Part shown: piece by piece, positions 47,827 to 57,092 of the stretch
How positions within the stretch are numbered: position 1 is the first letter of the stretch
Layout of the letters: each line of letters opens with the position of its first letter
DNA from: a virus
Lineage: Duplodnaviria > Caudoviricetes
Strand: one strand, 5' to 3'
IMG/VR virus record: IMGVR_UViG_2634166338_000002
Length of the DNA stretch: 64,000 bases
Made by a program: the position numbers and the translations under genes
Notes under the pieces: model-generated
Seen by the model: only the letters and a program-made list of their open reading frames with translations
Told to the model about the DNA's origin: nothing
Databases searched by the model: none

Positions 47827-49299
47827 TCAGCGAAGCTGGTTGATCCGCACGCCGTCGGCGTCGACCGTGACCCGGCATCCTGGCATGCAGCCCAGCACTC
47901 TGCGGATCTGATGGTCGATCGCGTATCGGAACCGTGCTGCGTGCTCGGCTGGCGGCGACATCCTTCGGCGGGAGTCGTCTGCCCTATCCGCGGCCGGGGC
48001 GGGGAGTTCGCCTTTGTCGTTGCGTTCGCCGAAGCGTTGCCACATCTGGTCCCAGCTGTAGGTGACCGGTTCCAGGAACGTGCGGGCGTGGCGGGCGAGC
48101 CATTGGTAGAGCTCCAGGAGCCGGGCGTCGTGGGCGAGGTGATGAACGATCAGCGGGTCGAGGTGGACGGTCTCCCGGATGACCTGGTCGGTGAATTCGG
48201 CGGACAGGGTGAACTCCGCGTGGTGGGGGCCGTCGTCGCTCCACCTCCAGCCGATCATCAGGCGCCGGCTCACCTCGTAGGGATCGGCTGCTGAAGCCGG
48301 CCGGTCCATGCAGATCGTGGTGGTGAACAGCGCCTGTAACTGTTCGCGCACCCGAGCGGGCTCGTGAGCGGCGTCCTCGATGCCGTTACCGGCCAGGAAC
48401 GCGTACAGGTCCCTGGTGTGCAACTCGCGCTGTCCGCCGATCAGGGCCTGCCCGCCGAGCCAGGCCAGCATCAGCCGCGCGATGTTCCCCCAGGGCAGCG
48501 TCCCGCCAGCCCGCTCCCCGGGTGCGCCGTGGTTTGGCCCGGCCGACAGGTACACGGCCGTCCCGCTGCGGCTGTCGGGGCGCAGCGGCCAGAACCTGGC
48601 CTCGTCCGAGGCGGCCTTCACCGGGAGGCCGACGTGGGTACTGATCGCCGGCACGGCCAGGGTGCGGTGCCAGGCCAGCTCCGGGAAGCGGCGGCTGGCC
48701 TCGTGGGCTCGAAGGTTCCCGGCGTTGTGTTGATGGGTGTGCAGGTGGCGCAGCAGTCTGCTCGCCTGGGCGGCGTCGTGGGCGGATGTCGTGGCGGTCT
48801 GTTCGTCGGCGTTCACCGCGGTCTGTCGCCTCCACCGTGTTCCGCGCGGCAGAGCGTCGAGGAGTTTCTGTGCCTGTTGGCCGGTGCGGATGGTGACTTT
48901 GGCCGGGCCGCGGACCAGGTCGATGTCCTGCCTGTTCGGGCACGTCGCCCGGATGCCGGGGGCGCCGTACAGCTGCTTGTTGAGTCGCCGGGGCAGCAGC
49001 AGACGCAACAGGCGATCGGCGTGTTCCGGCTCGACGACCAGACGGATGCTCGTGGGCTCGGGGCTGACGAAGCGGATGGCCCGCAGGGTCGCGGTGTCGC
49101 TGCGCAGCAACGCCCAGACGTCGTGTTCGAGTTCGGCCTGCGCCCCGGAGGTCTCCGGGATGGCGGGGCCGGTCGTGCCGAGCATCTGCTTGGCGCGGCT
49201 GTAGCTCTCGTTGGTGTTCAGGGACCTGTCGAAGGCGGCCTGGCTGTACACAGTGGATCCTTGTCTCGACGTGAACGCCCGGCTCGCCACGTCGATCAT
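47827..49299 (-). CDS. Protein with a C-terminal plasmid RepA (RepA_C / IncW-like) domain
   Basis: LPWGNIARLMLAWL, VREQLQALF, LSAEF, LELYQWL and YSWDQMWQRFG. Confidence 0.65.
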   Translation of the reverse strand: MIDVASRAFTSRQGSTVYSQAAFDRSLNTNESYSRAKQMLGTTGPAIPETSGAQAELEHDVWALLRSDTATLRAIRFVSPEPTSIRLVVEPEHADRLLRLLLPRRLNKQLYGAPGIRATCPNRQDIDLVRGPAKVTIRTGQQAQKLLDALPRGTRWRRQTAVNADEQTATTSAHDAAQASRLLRHLHTHQHNAGNLRAHEASRRFPELAWHRTLAVPAISTHVGLPVKAASDEARFWPLRPDSRSGTAVYLSAGPNHGAPGERAGGTLPWGNIARLMLAWLGGQALIGGQRELHTRDLYAFLAGNGIEDAAHEPARVREQLQALFTTTICMDRPASAADPYEVSRRLMIGWRWSDDGPHHAEFTLSAEFTDQVIRETVHLDPLIVHHLAHDARLLELYQWLARHARTFLEPVTYSWDQMWQRFGERNDKGELPAPAADRADDSRRRMSPPAEHAARFRYAIDHQIRRVLGCMPGCRVTVDADGVRINQLR

Positions 49300-49504
49300 G
49301 ATCGACCGTGGGTGTTGAGTGACGGTGTTCGCTGGCTAGACCACAACCTGCGTGCTTTTTCGTCCGAACGAGCGTGGCGCTGTCAGCCGGGACACACCAC
49401 TACAGACGAGGCATCTGCACTACCTATGCCCGCACGCTACCGCACCCGTGCCGGTCGGCCGTCGACTGTTCACCCCATCGTGGCTGGCGGTGCGCCCACT
49501 GGTC

Positions 49505-49532
49505 TTGACACAGCTTGTCGTAAAACTATAGT
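49505..49532 (+). promoter_or_regulatory. Sigma70-type promoter, likely giving a leaderless transcript
   Basis: TTGACA-N16-TATAGT ending 7 bp before the ATG at 49540. Confidence 0.6.
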
Positions 49533-49539
49533 CGTAGAA

Positions 49540-49749
49540 ATGTCAGTGAAGCCGGTCCGTCTCATGGGCGCACACGAGATCCGTATCCGTCTCGGTGGCG
49601 TCAGCCGCCAGCGCGCCTACCAGATCACCAGCAGGTCAGATTTTCCGACTCCGATCGCCGACCTGGCCCAGGGCAAGGTCTGGCTGATCGAGGATGTCGA
49701 GACGTGGATGAAGGCGCACCGGCGCGACGCGTCCGAGGACGATATCTAG
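49540..49749 (+). CDS. AlpA-like HTH DNA-binding protein
   Basis: LMGAHEI...GVSRQRAYQI..R.DFP.P.A.L..GKVW. Confidence 0.8.
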   Translation: MSVKPVRLMGAHEIRIRLGGVSRQRAYQITSRSDFPTPIADLAQGKVWLIEDVETWMKAHRRDASEDDI

Positions 49750-49792
49750 CCGTGCGCCGGCATGCCGGCGCCAATTCCTGGCGGCGAATCTC

Positions 49793-49884
49793 TTGACAGA
49801 GATCGCTAACTCACCCATCCTGAATATCTTCGCAGCACCATAACCAAGATCAGCGGCCCCCGGAGGTATCGGGAGCCGCTTTTT
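49793..49884 (+). promoter_or_regulatory. Putative late promoter followed immediately by an intrinsic terminator
   Basis: TTGACA-N17-CATCCT; hairpin AGCGGC...GCCGCT-TTTT at 49852-49884. Confidence 0.55.
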
Positions 49885-49896
49885 GCGTCTTCGGGG

Positions 49897-50247
49897 GTGG
49901 TCATGGCGACGCGACAAGGCCGAACGCCGTGGGAGGGCTCCACCCGCAGAAGGCGGCTGCCCGCGAACTGGGACAGCGAACTGAAACCAGCCGCACACCA
50001 GCGCAATCCGCAGCACATCTGCCACTGGTGCGGCAGGCCGGACGGCAACGACCTGGACCATCTCCAGCGCGGTGACGATCACCGGATCGAAAACCTCGAC
50101 TGGATCCACGGCCGTAACGACGTGCTGGCCGGCCGGTCGGAACGCAACTGCCACGGCGAGAAATCCGGAGCGGAAGGCGCGGCTGCCGCCGCCGCGAAAC
50201 TGCGAGCACAACGACGCCCACCGGAACCGCATCCCGCGTTCACGTGA
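49897..50247 (+). CDS. Phage packaging HNH endonuclease
   Basis: CHWCG...DLDH...DDH..ENL...CH..KS; lies upstream of the terminases. Confidence 0.85.
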   Translation: MVMATRQGRTPWEGSTRRRRLPANWDSELKPAAHQRNPQHICHWCGRPDGNDLDHLQRGDDHRIENLDWIHGRNDVLAGRSERNCHGEKSGAEGAAAAAAKLRAQRRPPEPHPAFT

Positions 50248-50365
50248 GCCGGCCTTTCCGCCCGGCTCCCTCAGGCATTTCCCTCGCGTGCGCGAGGCGT
50301 ACCGGAGCCCGGTCCCCCGCTGGTCTCTCGTATGCCTCGCGCCGCATCTCTTTCTGGAGGTCAGC

Positions 50366-50602
50366 GTGGCTTCGTTCGGCGACGCGGCAAAACAGCAACC
50401 CGACGAGCCGGACGGCGACTTCACGATCCTCGGCGGCACGCTGCTGGTCGAGGTCGCCGTAGACCCGTCCCGGCTGGAAGTGTTGTACGGGCAGGTCCGG
50501 GACGCGACCCGGCGTGGTGTCCTCGACGGGTACGCCGACGCGGCTGAAGAGATCGCCCGTTTCGAGCAGGCGCAGGACACCGCTGGTGGAGCCGCGCCGT
50601 GA
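50366..50602 (+). CDS. Hypothetical protein
   Basis: RBS GGAGG; GTGA overlap with the next gene. Confidence 0.5.
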   Translation: MASFGDAAKQQPDEPDGDFTILGGTLLVEVAVDPSRLEVLYGQVRDATRRGVLDGYADAAEEIARFEQAQDTAGGAAP

Positions 50603-51168
50603 CCACGGTTGTCGGTCTGGCCGGGCCGGCCGGTGTGTGGATGGCAGCCGATTCCCGGACCAACGTCTACGACCGGCCGGTCGGCGGTGCGGTGAAGATC
50701 CTGCGGATGCCGCTCGACGGCGACCAGGTCGTGCTGGTCGGGTTCTCGGGCAACGCGGGGATGCCCGGACTCGCCCGCCGCGTTTGGCGCGAGGACCTGC
50801 GGCTCCCCACCCGGGGCGACGGCCTTCAGCAGTGGTGCGACGAGATCGCATCGCTGTTCACGGAGCCCATGGTCGCGGCGGGGATGAGTGACGCCGGCCT
50901 GCTCGACGGCAACTTCCTGCTCGGCGTCCCCGGCGCCGGGGATCTGCCGTCGACGCTGTGGACGATCGGGCATCACATGGCGATCCGGCACCACGACGAC
51001 CGCGGCGCTGTCGGCTCCGGCGAGGGCCCGGCGATCGGCGCGCTCGACGCGCTACTCGCCCTCGGCACGGAGCCCAGCGCCGCGGTTCACCAAGCCTGCA
51101 TGATCGCGATCTCTCGGGATCGCTGGTCCGGGCGCCCGGTCCAGCAGGAGTTCACACCAGCGGCCTGA
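50599..51168 (+). CDS. Ntn-hydrolase (proteasome beta/HslV-like) peptidase
   Basis: N-terminal (M)TTVVG...MAADSR...K and AVGSG...A.GAL. Confidence 0.75.
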   Translation: MTTVVGLAGPAGVWMAADSRTNVYDRPVGGAVKILRMPLDGDQVVLVGFSGNAGMPGLARRVWREDLRLPTRGDGLQQWCDEIASLFTEPMVAAGMSDAGLLDGNFLLGVPGAGDLPSTLWTIGHHMAIRHHDDRGAVGSGEGPAIGALDALLALGTEPSAAVHQACMIAISRDRWSGRPVQQEFTPAA

Positions 51169-51179
51169 CCCGGGGATTC

Positions 51180-51563
51180 TCAGCCGATACCGCTCCAGGC
51201 CAGCATCCATTGCGGCTCCTCGTCGTCGGGAACCTTGAGGATCCGCGCCGCCCACCGGAGGTTCGCCGTCTCGGCGCCCAACGGCAGCTCGGCCAGGAAC
51301 GCGATGGGTTCCTTCTCGGTGCGTTCGAGGTAGGAAGCCAGCACGAACTGCTCCGGTTGCCCGTCGCCGACGTCCTCGTTGAAGAGCCCGAGCAACCCGA
51401 GTTGGTAATCCGGATCGCGGTTCGCCTCATCGTCCAGGAAGCCGCTGGCGCTGGCGTCGGTGAACATGTTCTGGGCGTGCGCGGCCGTCAGCAGCAGGGT
51501 CGTCGCGTCCTCGCTGTCGTAGTTGCTGATGGCGAATCCGTAGGCGAGAACCGCGTCTCTCAT
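51180..51563 (-). CDS. Acidic hypothetical protein, antisense moron-like
   Basis: RBS GAAGGA; natural-looking translation. Confidence 0.55.
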   Translation of the reverse strand: MRDAVLAYGFAISNYDSEDATTLLLTAAHAQNMFTDASASGFLDDEANRDPDYQLGLLGLFNEDVGDGQPEQFVLASYLERTEKEPIAFLAELPLGAETANLRWAARILKVPDDEEPQWMLAWSGIG

Positions 51564-51798
51564 CGACGTCCTTCGGTAGATGGTGATACCCGCTCATGTT
51601 CTCCGCGCGCCTACGGCGACGACGGACAAACTGTGCGACCTCGGCCGCTCGTCCAGCCGGGCCCGCTCGCTTACCTGAGCAGGCCGGTGCAGTACCCCGC
51701 TGCTCCCTTGCGCGCCCGTTGGCGCATATCAGGCCGTGCTCCCGCAACAGGACAGGCCGATTTTCTGCCCGCGATTCCCGGAATGGGAGTGAACACCG

Positions 51799-52263
51799 AT
51801 GCCCGGACCCCCGCCGAAGGACGTGAAGCACGGCCACACTGCCCGCGCATTGGCATGGACGGAAGTCCCGGATGTGCCGTACGAGGACGGGCCGCCGTTG
51901 CCGCCGCTGGGCGGCCGCAAGAAGTGGCATCCGCTCGTCGAACAGTGGTGGGCGATCGTCTCGCGGATGCCGCACTGCGTGCTGTGGAGGCCTGAGGACT
52001 GGCACAAGGCCCTCGAACTGGCCTACGACAAGGACTTGTACTGGCGCAACGGCAACGACCGGACCACCTCGCAGGCCACCGAGATCCGCCGCAAGGAGGA
52101 CCAGCTCGGGATCGGCATGGACGCTCGGACCAAGCTGCGGATCCGGTATGTGACGCCGAAGAACGACGAGCAGCCGGCGGTGGCCGCCGTGCCGCCGGCC
52201 GCCGCGAGTGGCAAGGTGCTGTCCATCGCCGAGCGCCGCAAGGCCGCGCAGAAGACTGCGTAA
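51799..52263 (+). CDS. terS: Terminase small subunit
   Basis: MPGPPPK...WW...W...DW...EIR..E..LG...R..LRI; directly upstream of terL. Confidence 0.8.
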   Translation: MPGPPPKDVKHGHTARALAWTEVPDVPYEDGPPLPPLGGRKKWHPLVEQWWAIVSRMPHCVLWRPEDWHKALELAYDKDLYWRNGNDRTTSQATEIRRKEDQLGIGMDARTKLRIRYVTPKNDEQPAVAAVPPAAASGKVLSIAERRKAAQKTA

Positions 52264-52278
52264 CGGGGCGGGGCCGGG

Positions 52279-54000
52279 ATGCCGCACCAGCGAATCCTGT
52301 CGCCCGACTACGACCCCAACCGCTCGCTCGGGTGGCTCGCCACCGCCTGGATCGAGTTCTTCGTGCGGCATGGGCCCGGTGACGTAGCGGGCCAAGCCGT
52401 CCACCACGGCCAGGAGTACACCGAGTTCATCGTCGCCGCCTACGCGGTCGGCGACGACCCGACCAACAACCACTTCCTACACGACACGATCTTCTTGAGC
52501 AGGCCGAAGGGCTGCGACAAGAGCGGCATCGCCGGCCGGCTGTGCCTGTGGGAGGCCTTCGGACCCTGCCGGTTCGCCGGCTGGGCCGAAGGCGGCGAGA
52601 CCTACACCGATCCGCACGGATTCGGGTTCACCTACACCTACGAGCCCGGCGAGCCGATGGGCCGGCCGGTGCAGTCACCGTTCATCAGGATCCTCGCCAC
52701 CGAGGAGAACCAGACCGGCAACACCTTCCGGACCGTTCACTACAACCTGACCAACGACGACTGCCCGCTCTACTACTGGCCCGGCCACGACACCACCAAG
52801 GACAAGGTCTTCCTCAAGGGCAACGGCGGCGGAGAGATCCGCACGTCGACGGCATCCGCCGCGTCGAAAGACGGCGGGCTCGAAACGTTCGTGGTCGCCG
52901 ACGAGTCACACCTCTACGACACCACCGAACTGCTCGACATGAAGGAGACCGTCGCGCAGAACCTGGAGAAGCGCAAGCAGAACGCCGGCACGCTGCTCCT
53001 GGAAACCACGACGATGTTCGCGCCCGGCGACGGATCCGCCGCCGAGGCCACCTTCGAAGAAGCCAAGGCGATCCTCGAAGGCCGCAAGAAGCGGGGCGCA
53101 GCCCGGCTGTACTACGACCACCGGTGGGGCCACATCGTCAACCTCGCCGACGAGGTCGCCCTGCGGCAGGCGATCCGCGACGCCTATGGCGACGCCCTCG
53201 AATGGATCAGCCTCGAATCGCTGGTCAACAAGGCCTACGACTCCCGCACCTCCCCGGCCAGGTTCCGCCGCTACTTTTTGAACGCCCAGACCTCCGCGAA
53301 GGACGCCTGGATCACGGTCGAGCAGTGGGACGACTGCGGCCGTGCCGACCGGGAACTGCGCGACGGTGACCTGGTAACGCTCGGCATGGACGGCAGCGTC
53401 ACCGGGGATGCCACCTGTGTTTCGGCATGCCGGGTGTCGGACGGTCACGTCGAGTTGCTCGGCTGCTGGGAGCACCCGCCCGGTGCCGCCGGCGAGGACT
53501 GGATGGTCCCGCGTGAGGAAGTCGACGCGTGCATCGCCGACGCGTTCCGCCGCTTCCAGGTCGTCGGCTTCTTCGCCGACCCCCCACACTGGACGGACTT
53601 TCTCGCGGTCTGGACAAACCAGTTCGGCGACCAGCTGAAAGTCAAGGCGAGTCTGAAGTTCCCGATCCACTGGTGGACGAACCGGCAGACGCAGATGGCC
53701 GAGGCCCTCGCCGCGTTCCGCGAGGCCGTGGTCGAGAAACGTCTGTCGTTCACCCCGTCCGACGATCGGGCGGGCCGGGTCGCGGAGCTGTCGGCGACGC
53801 TTAAACGCCATGTCGGGAATGCCCGTGAACGGCCGTCCCGAGCGGGGTTGCAGATCGGCAAGGAACACAAAAATTCGGACAAGAAGATCGATGGAGCGAT
53901 GAGTACCGTTCTCGCGTGGACCGCGCGGACCGCCGCGATCGCGGCCGGCGTGAAGCCGCAGGCGCCACCGGAGCTCTACCTGCCCAAGCGGATCCGGTAA
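52279..54000 (+). CDS. terL: Terminase large subunit
   Basis: RPKGCDKS Walker A, VVADESH Walker B, and nuclease motifs LGMDGS and KIDG. Confidence 0.92.
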   Translation: MPHQRILSPDYDPNRSLGWLATAWIEFFVRHGPGDVAGQAVHHGQEYTEFIVAAYAVGDDPTNNHFLHDTIFLSRPKGCDKSGIAGRLCLWEAFGPCRFAGWAEGGETYTDPHGFGFTYTYEPGEPMGRPVQSPFIRILATEENQTGNTFRTVHYNLTNDDCPLYYWPGHDTTKDKVFLKGNGGGEIRTSTASAASKDGGLETFVVADESHLYDTTELLDMKETVAQNLEKRKQNAGTLLLETTTMFAPGDGSAAEATFEEAKAILEGRKKRGAARLYYDHRWGHIVNLADEVALRQAIRDAYGDALEWISLESLVNKAYDSRTSPARFRRYFLNAQTSAKDAWITVEQWDDCGRADRELRDGDLVTLGMDGSVTGDATCVSACRVSDGHVELLGCWEHPPGAAGEDWMVPREEVDACIADAFRRFQVVGFFADPPHWTDFLAVWTNQFGDQLKVKASLKFPIHWWTNRQTQMAEALAAFREAVVEKRLSFTPSDDRAGRVAELSATLKRHVGNARERPSRAGLQIGKEHKNSDKKIDGAMSTVLAWTARTAAIAAGVKPQAPPELYLPKRIR

Positions 54001-54623
54001 CCGGGACGTCCTCGAGGAGACGAAGCCGGTCAGAGGGTAAGCCGGTCGAGTAGGTCACGCAGAGCCCTCAACCGGCGCTGCGTTTGTGGTTCCGGCGGAC
54101 GGGTGAGGCTTAGCGGCCCGATCTCGTGGATGACCGCACGGAACAGGACTTCCCGGTCTTCGTCGGTGTGAATCAGGCAGCCCCAGGAGGCCCGGCCCCG
54201 TTCACTGGCCAGGGTGGCGCGCAGTTCGCGTAGATGATCGGCGGGCTTACCGCTGGACCGCGCGATCTCGTGGTCAACAGCCTCAACCAGCGCGGCGCGA
54301 TCGTCGTCGTCGTCACGCAGCAGACCGGATGTGACTTTCGGCGATAGTTAGCACCCGGCCGCAGCCCACACGCTGGTCAGTGCCGTGGCGTTCGGCGATG
54401 GTTGGCACCGATTTCCGGTTTTAGTTGGCACCGGTACGGCTTTTCGGCGGTAGCTGGCACTGGCTTGCTCCGACCGGCGCCGGATGTCCGTCACCCTCGG
54501 TAGCACGATGTTGGTCGGGTCTTCGGGGAGCGAGCGCTATCTGCGGCATGAGAGCGCACCAAGGGGCAAAGAGCAATGGCTTGCGTACGACTCTGTCGGT
54601 TGCGTTCCTGACGGATTTTTAGC

Positions 54624-54794
54624 TTACCGTCCGTCGTCCTTGCTTGCTCGCAAGCTTTCATATCGGTCAATAAGGCAATCGGCGCACTGGCCGCTCGCGT
54701 GTTTATTGGTTTGAAAATGTTGGCGCTCCTTTTGGGTGTGCACGTTGCAAACGTCTTCACATATGACGCACTGAGTTGGCAGCCTAGCCATCAT
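54624..54794 (-). CDS. Small putative Zn-binding cargo protein
   Basis: CVIC..C..H...H...H..CADC. Confidence 0.4.
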   Translation of the reverse strand: MMARLPTQCVICEDVCNVHTQKERQHFQTNKHASGQCADCLIDRYESLRASKDDGR

Positions 54795-54875
54795 CCTTGA
54801 TCCTCTCACGTCGGCGAGACCCTGGTGGCTTACGCACAATCTGCAGGGGTTGGCCGATAGAATTCAAAGCTAATT

Positions 54876-55610
54876 CTATCGAATGACCTCATGCAAAATG
54901 TTGACCGCGGCATTAATCGTTGACCCGATTTTCGTGTCGTCCATTTGAATATGGATTCCTTGTGCTGCAGGTGACCGAGAAAAGAGTGAACCACTGAAAA
55001 CTGTAAGCGGCTGACCGTAACCCTCACCCGTGTGCCAATTCTGTGCAAGTCGCGCCTCCGTCCAGCAGCGTCCAGATCCAGCCGGAGCAGGCTGGGCTAG
55101 TAGCGGCGTCCATACGGCGAGGACCGGGCGTACCTCATGTTTTGAAAAATCTGCGGGCAGCGAGCCTCTGTCTAGATTTCCGAGGACCTTTGCGGCGGCT
55201 TTCCAAGCCAAAAACGTATGGCGCTCTATATCAAATTTCCATTCGTCCAGCCCTTGATGCCAGGACGCCCAGGCGTAGTCTTCGATCGGCCCATTTTTTG
55301 GTACCGCCTTTCCCTGGTAACTGGAAGCGGTCCAAAATTTGTATTCAACCGAAAGAAGCTCTTGGATGCCGGACTTGTCCGCTACAACGATTGCATCGTC
55401 CAGAACCGCCCTGTTCCCATTTACCTCAACCCTAGGGCGACATTTATTGAGCCGGGTCACACTCACGAATCTCTGCTGTAGGTGAGCGACCAGTAGTGCC
55501 CTGAGGATATCTTCGCCTGCCGCCTTACTCACAAGACCGACGGACGCCGTGCGCCTTCTTACCCGCTCGTCGAAATTCTTTACCAATGCTTGGATTTGAA
55601 GCTCCGGCAT
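54876..55610 (-). CDS. Putative PD-(D/E)XK nuclease cargo protein
   Basis: GEDI...LDDAIVV...SVEYKFW; RBS GAGGA. Confidence 0.55.
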   Translation of the reverse strand: MPELQIQALVKNFDERVRRRTASVGLVSKAAGEDILRALLVAHLQQRFVSVTRLNKCRPRVEVNGNRAVLDDAIVVADKSGIQELLSVEYKFWTASSYQGKAVPKNGPIEDYAWASWHQGLDEWKFDIERHTFLAWKAAAKVLGNLDRGSLPADFSKHEVRPVLAVWTPLLAQPAPAGSGRCWTEARLAQNWHTGEGYGQPLTVFSGSLFSRSPAAQGIHIQMDDTKIGSTINAAVNILHEVIR

Positions 55611-55937
55611 GTCGTTCCTCTGGCTCGGCAATATGCTCCGGAATTCTAGTTCACGTCGACCGTAGGTGGGTCCGTATGCACGCATTCTCATCGGCAAATC
55701 CCTGCTTAGGCAACCTCGCGGGCCCGTGACGGAGGGTAGCCAAGAGGCTCGTGGTTGCGGCTTCCACTGGCGCCGCATCGGCGACCGGTGTCAACAAGCC
55801 CTGAAAAGTGCCAACTAGGACCGAAAGTCACACCGGACCAGGCGATCCGGCCTTTCGGTGCGACGGTCATACCGTCGAATGGCACATGCGTTCGATCATG
55901 CGGTGTGGGGGTGTGGCGGGTCTGGCTGCTGTCTTGC

Positions 55938-57092
55938 TGTGACTTTCGGTTCCAGTTGGCACCTTTCGGCGTTAGTTGGCACCAGCGACCCGATGTCGCA
56001 GGAGGACGTAGGCTTCGACCCGCCCACTTGGTTACCCTGCGTCACCGCGATCGACGTGTTCGGCGCACGGATCTGTTTGATATGCAGGTGATCGTGAGGC
56101 TCCAGGATCGGGGTGCGCAGCGCCTCGATCACTCTGCATATCAGGCGTTATGCGGCCCGCCAGGGCGAAGGTGAACGAAGTTCACCCGCATAATGCCGAT
56201 GTGAGTGCATTGACGTGCCACTACTGCAGGCGAACAAGTTTGAATTTTGCGAACTTTGTGCCACTAGGCCAAAGGGACCGATAGTAGTCGTTTGCCAATT
56301 TGAACGATTCGTCGACGCGATCAAGAGTCGACATTCCTCGGCGGGTGCTTGACAGCAAAGCGGCGTAGAACGACATGTCGAAGGCAGTGAGGTTGGCGGG
56401 CGTCACCTCGTCAGGAGAAGCGATTAGTATTCTTACACCGCATGCCTTCAGGGCAACCTTCCATGCGTCATTGAAGAAGGTGCACGCAGTACTTACGACG
56501 GTTTCCGGGAGCTTGTCGCCTTTCGCGCCCATGCGGGTGAAGTCGTCGGCAGTAGTATTGGTCTTCCCGTTTCCGGTCTGAATCTTTGGGCCTTGCCCAT
56601 GCGCAATTATATGAAGTATGTGGACGGGTTGCTTCGTGAAGCTCAGTAGTTCGGTCTTGTTGAAAGCGCGGCTCATCGAGACATTTGCCCTAGGCATAGC
56701 CCTGCCCTGCTGGATACTATTCCGGTATAGGCCAAGAGAATTGGTGAGAAACATCGCTTCTTGGTCACTCATCAAATCTCGCATCCCACCGCACGACACG
56801 ATGTGCACTCGAAGAGTCTGAACCGAAGGTTCCTTTGGGTTGGCACCCGTCATGACCTTGACCGTACTCGACCAAACGAACTGCGGTCAGCGCAATCGAG
56901 CTGCGTTGTAGACCAGTATTGGCGTCGTCGAGGTTGGGGCCGAGTTCGTCTTCATCACCTCCGCAAGGGCACTGCGCTGCCGCTGATCGCGCGGTGCCGC
57001 TGTCCGAGACGCGGGCAGGGTGGCTGAGGTTCGGTCGTGCCCGGTGTGAGTGAGTAAGCGGCGATACAGAACGTGAGCTATTCGTGATTTGA
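55938..57092. mobile_element. Second, truncated Tn5053/Tn402-like element; only one end is visible
   Basis: TGTGACTTTCGGTTCCAGTTGGCAC plus an adjacent second site (55943-55982); lower-GC cargo; no matching ACA end found. Confidence 0.65.
56221..56853 (-). CDS. Stand-alone CHAT/caspase-like protease domain
   Basis: ILHIIAHG (His) and VVSTAC (Cys) dyad motifs. Confidence 0.6.
   Translation of the reverse strand: MTGANPKEPSVQTLRVHIVSCGGMRDLMSDQEAMFLTNSLGLYRNSIQQGRAMPRANVSMSRAFNKTELLSFTKQPVHILHIIAHGQGPKIQTGNGKTNTTADDFTRMGAKGDKLPETVVSTACTFFNDAWKVALKACGVRILIASPDEVTPANLTAFDMSFYAALLSSTRRGMSTLDRVDESFKLANDYYRSLWPSGTKFAKFKLVRLQ

Larger units (their letters stand above)
54330..55832. mobile_element. 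Non-autonomous Tn5053/Tn402-like mini-transposon (1,503 bp)
   Basis: TGTGACTTTCGG...CCGAAAGTCACA termini; CCGGA duplicated at 54325-54329 and 55833-55837; four 20-bp sites at left and two at right; lower-GC interior with no transposase. Confidence 0.88.
54030..55870 (-). pseudogene. 110-aa phage gene split by the mini-transposon
   Basis: Joining 55870-55833 to 54324-54030 restores a 333-nt ORF MTVAPKGRIAWSGLLRDDDDD...LLDRLTL* with an internal repeat. Confidence 0.75.

Noticed and set aside
54330-55982. The AGTTGGCAC repeats as a degenerate CRISPR or tRNA-derived sequence
   Set aside because: The spacing, the TGT/ACA termini and the exact 5-bp duplication are explained by transposon ends
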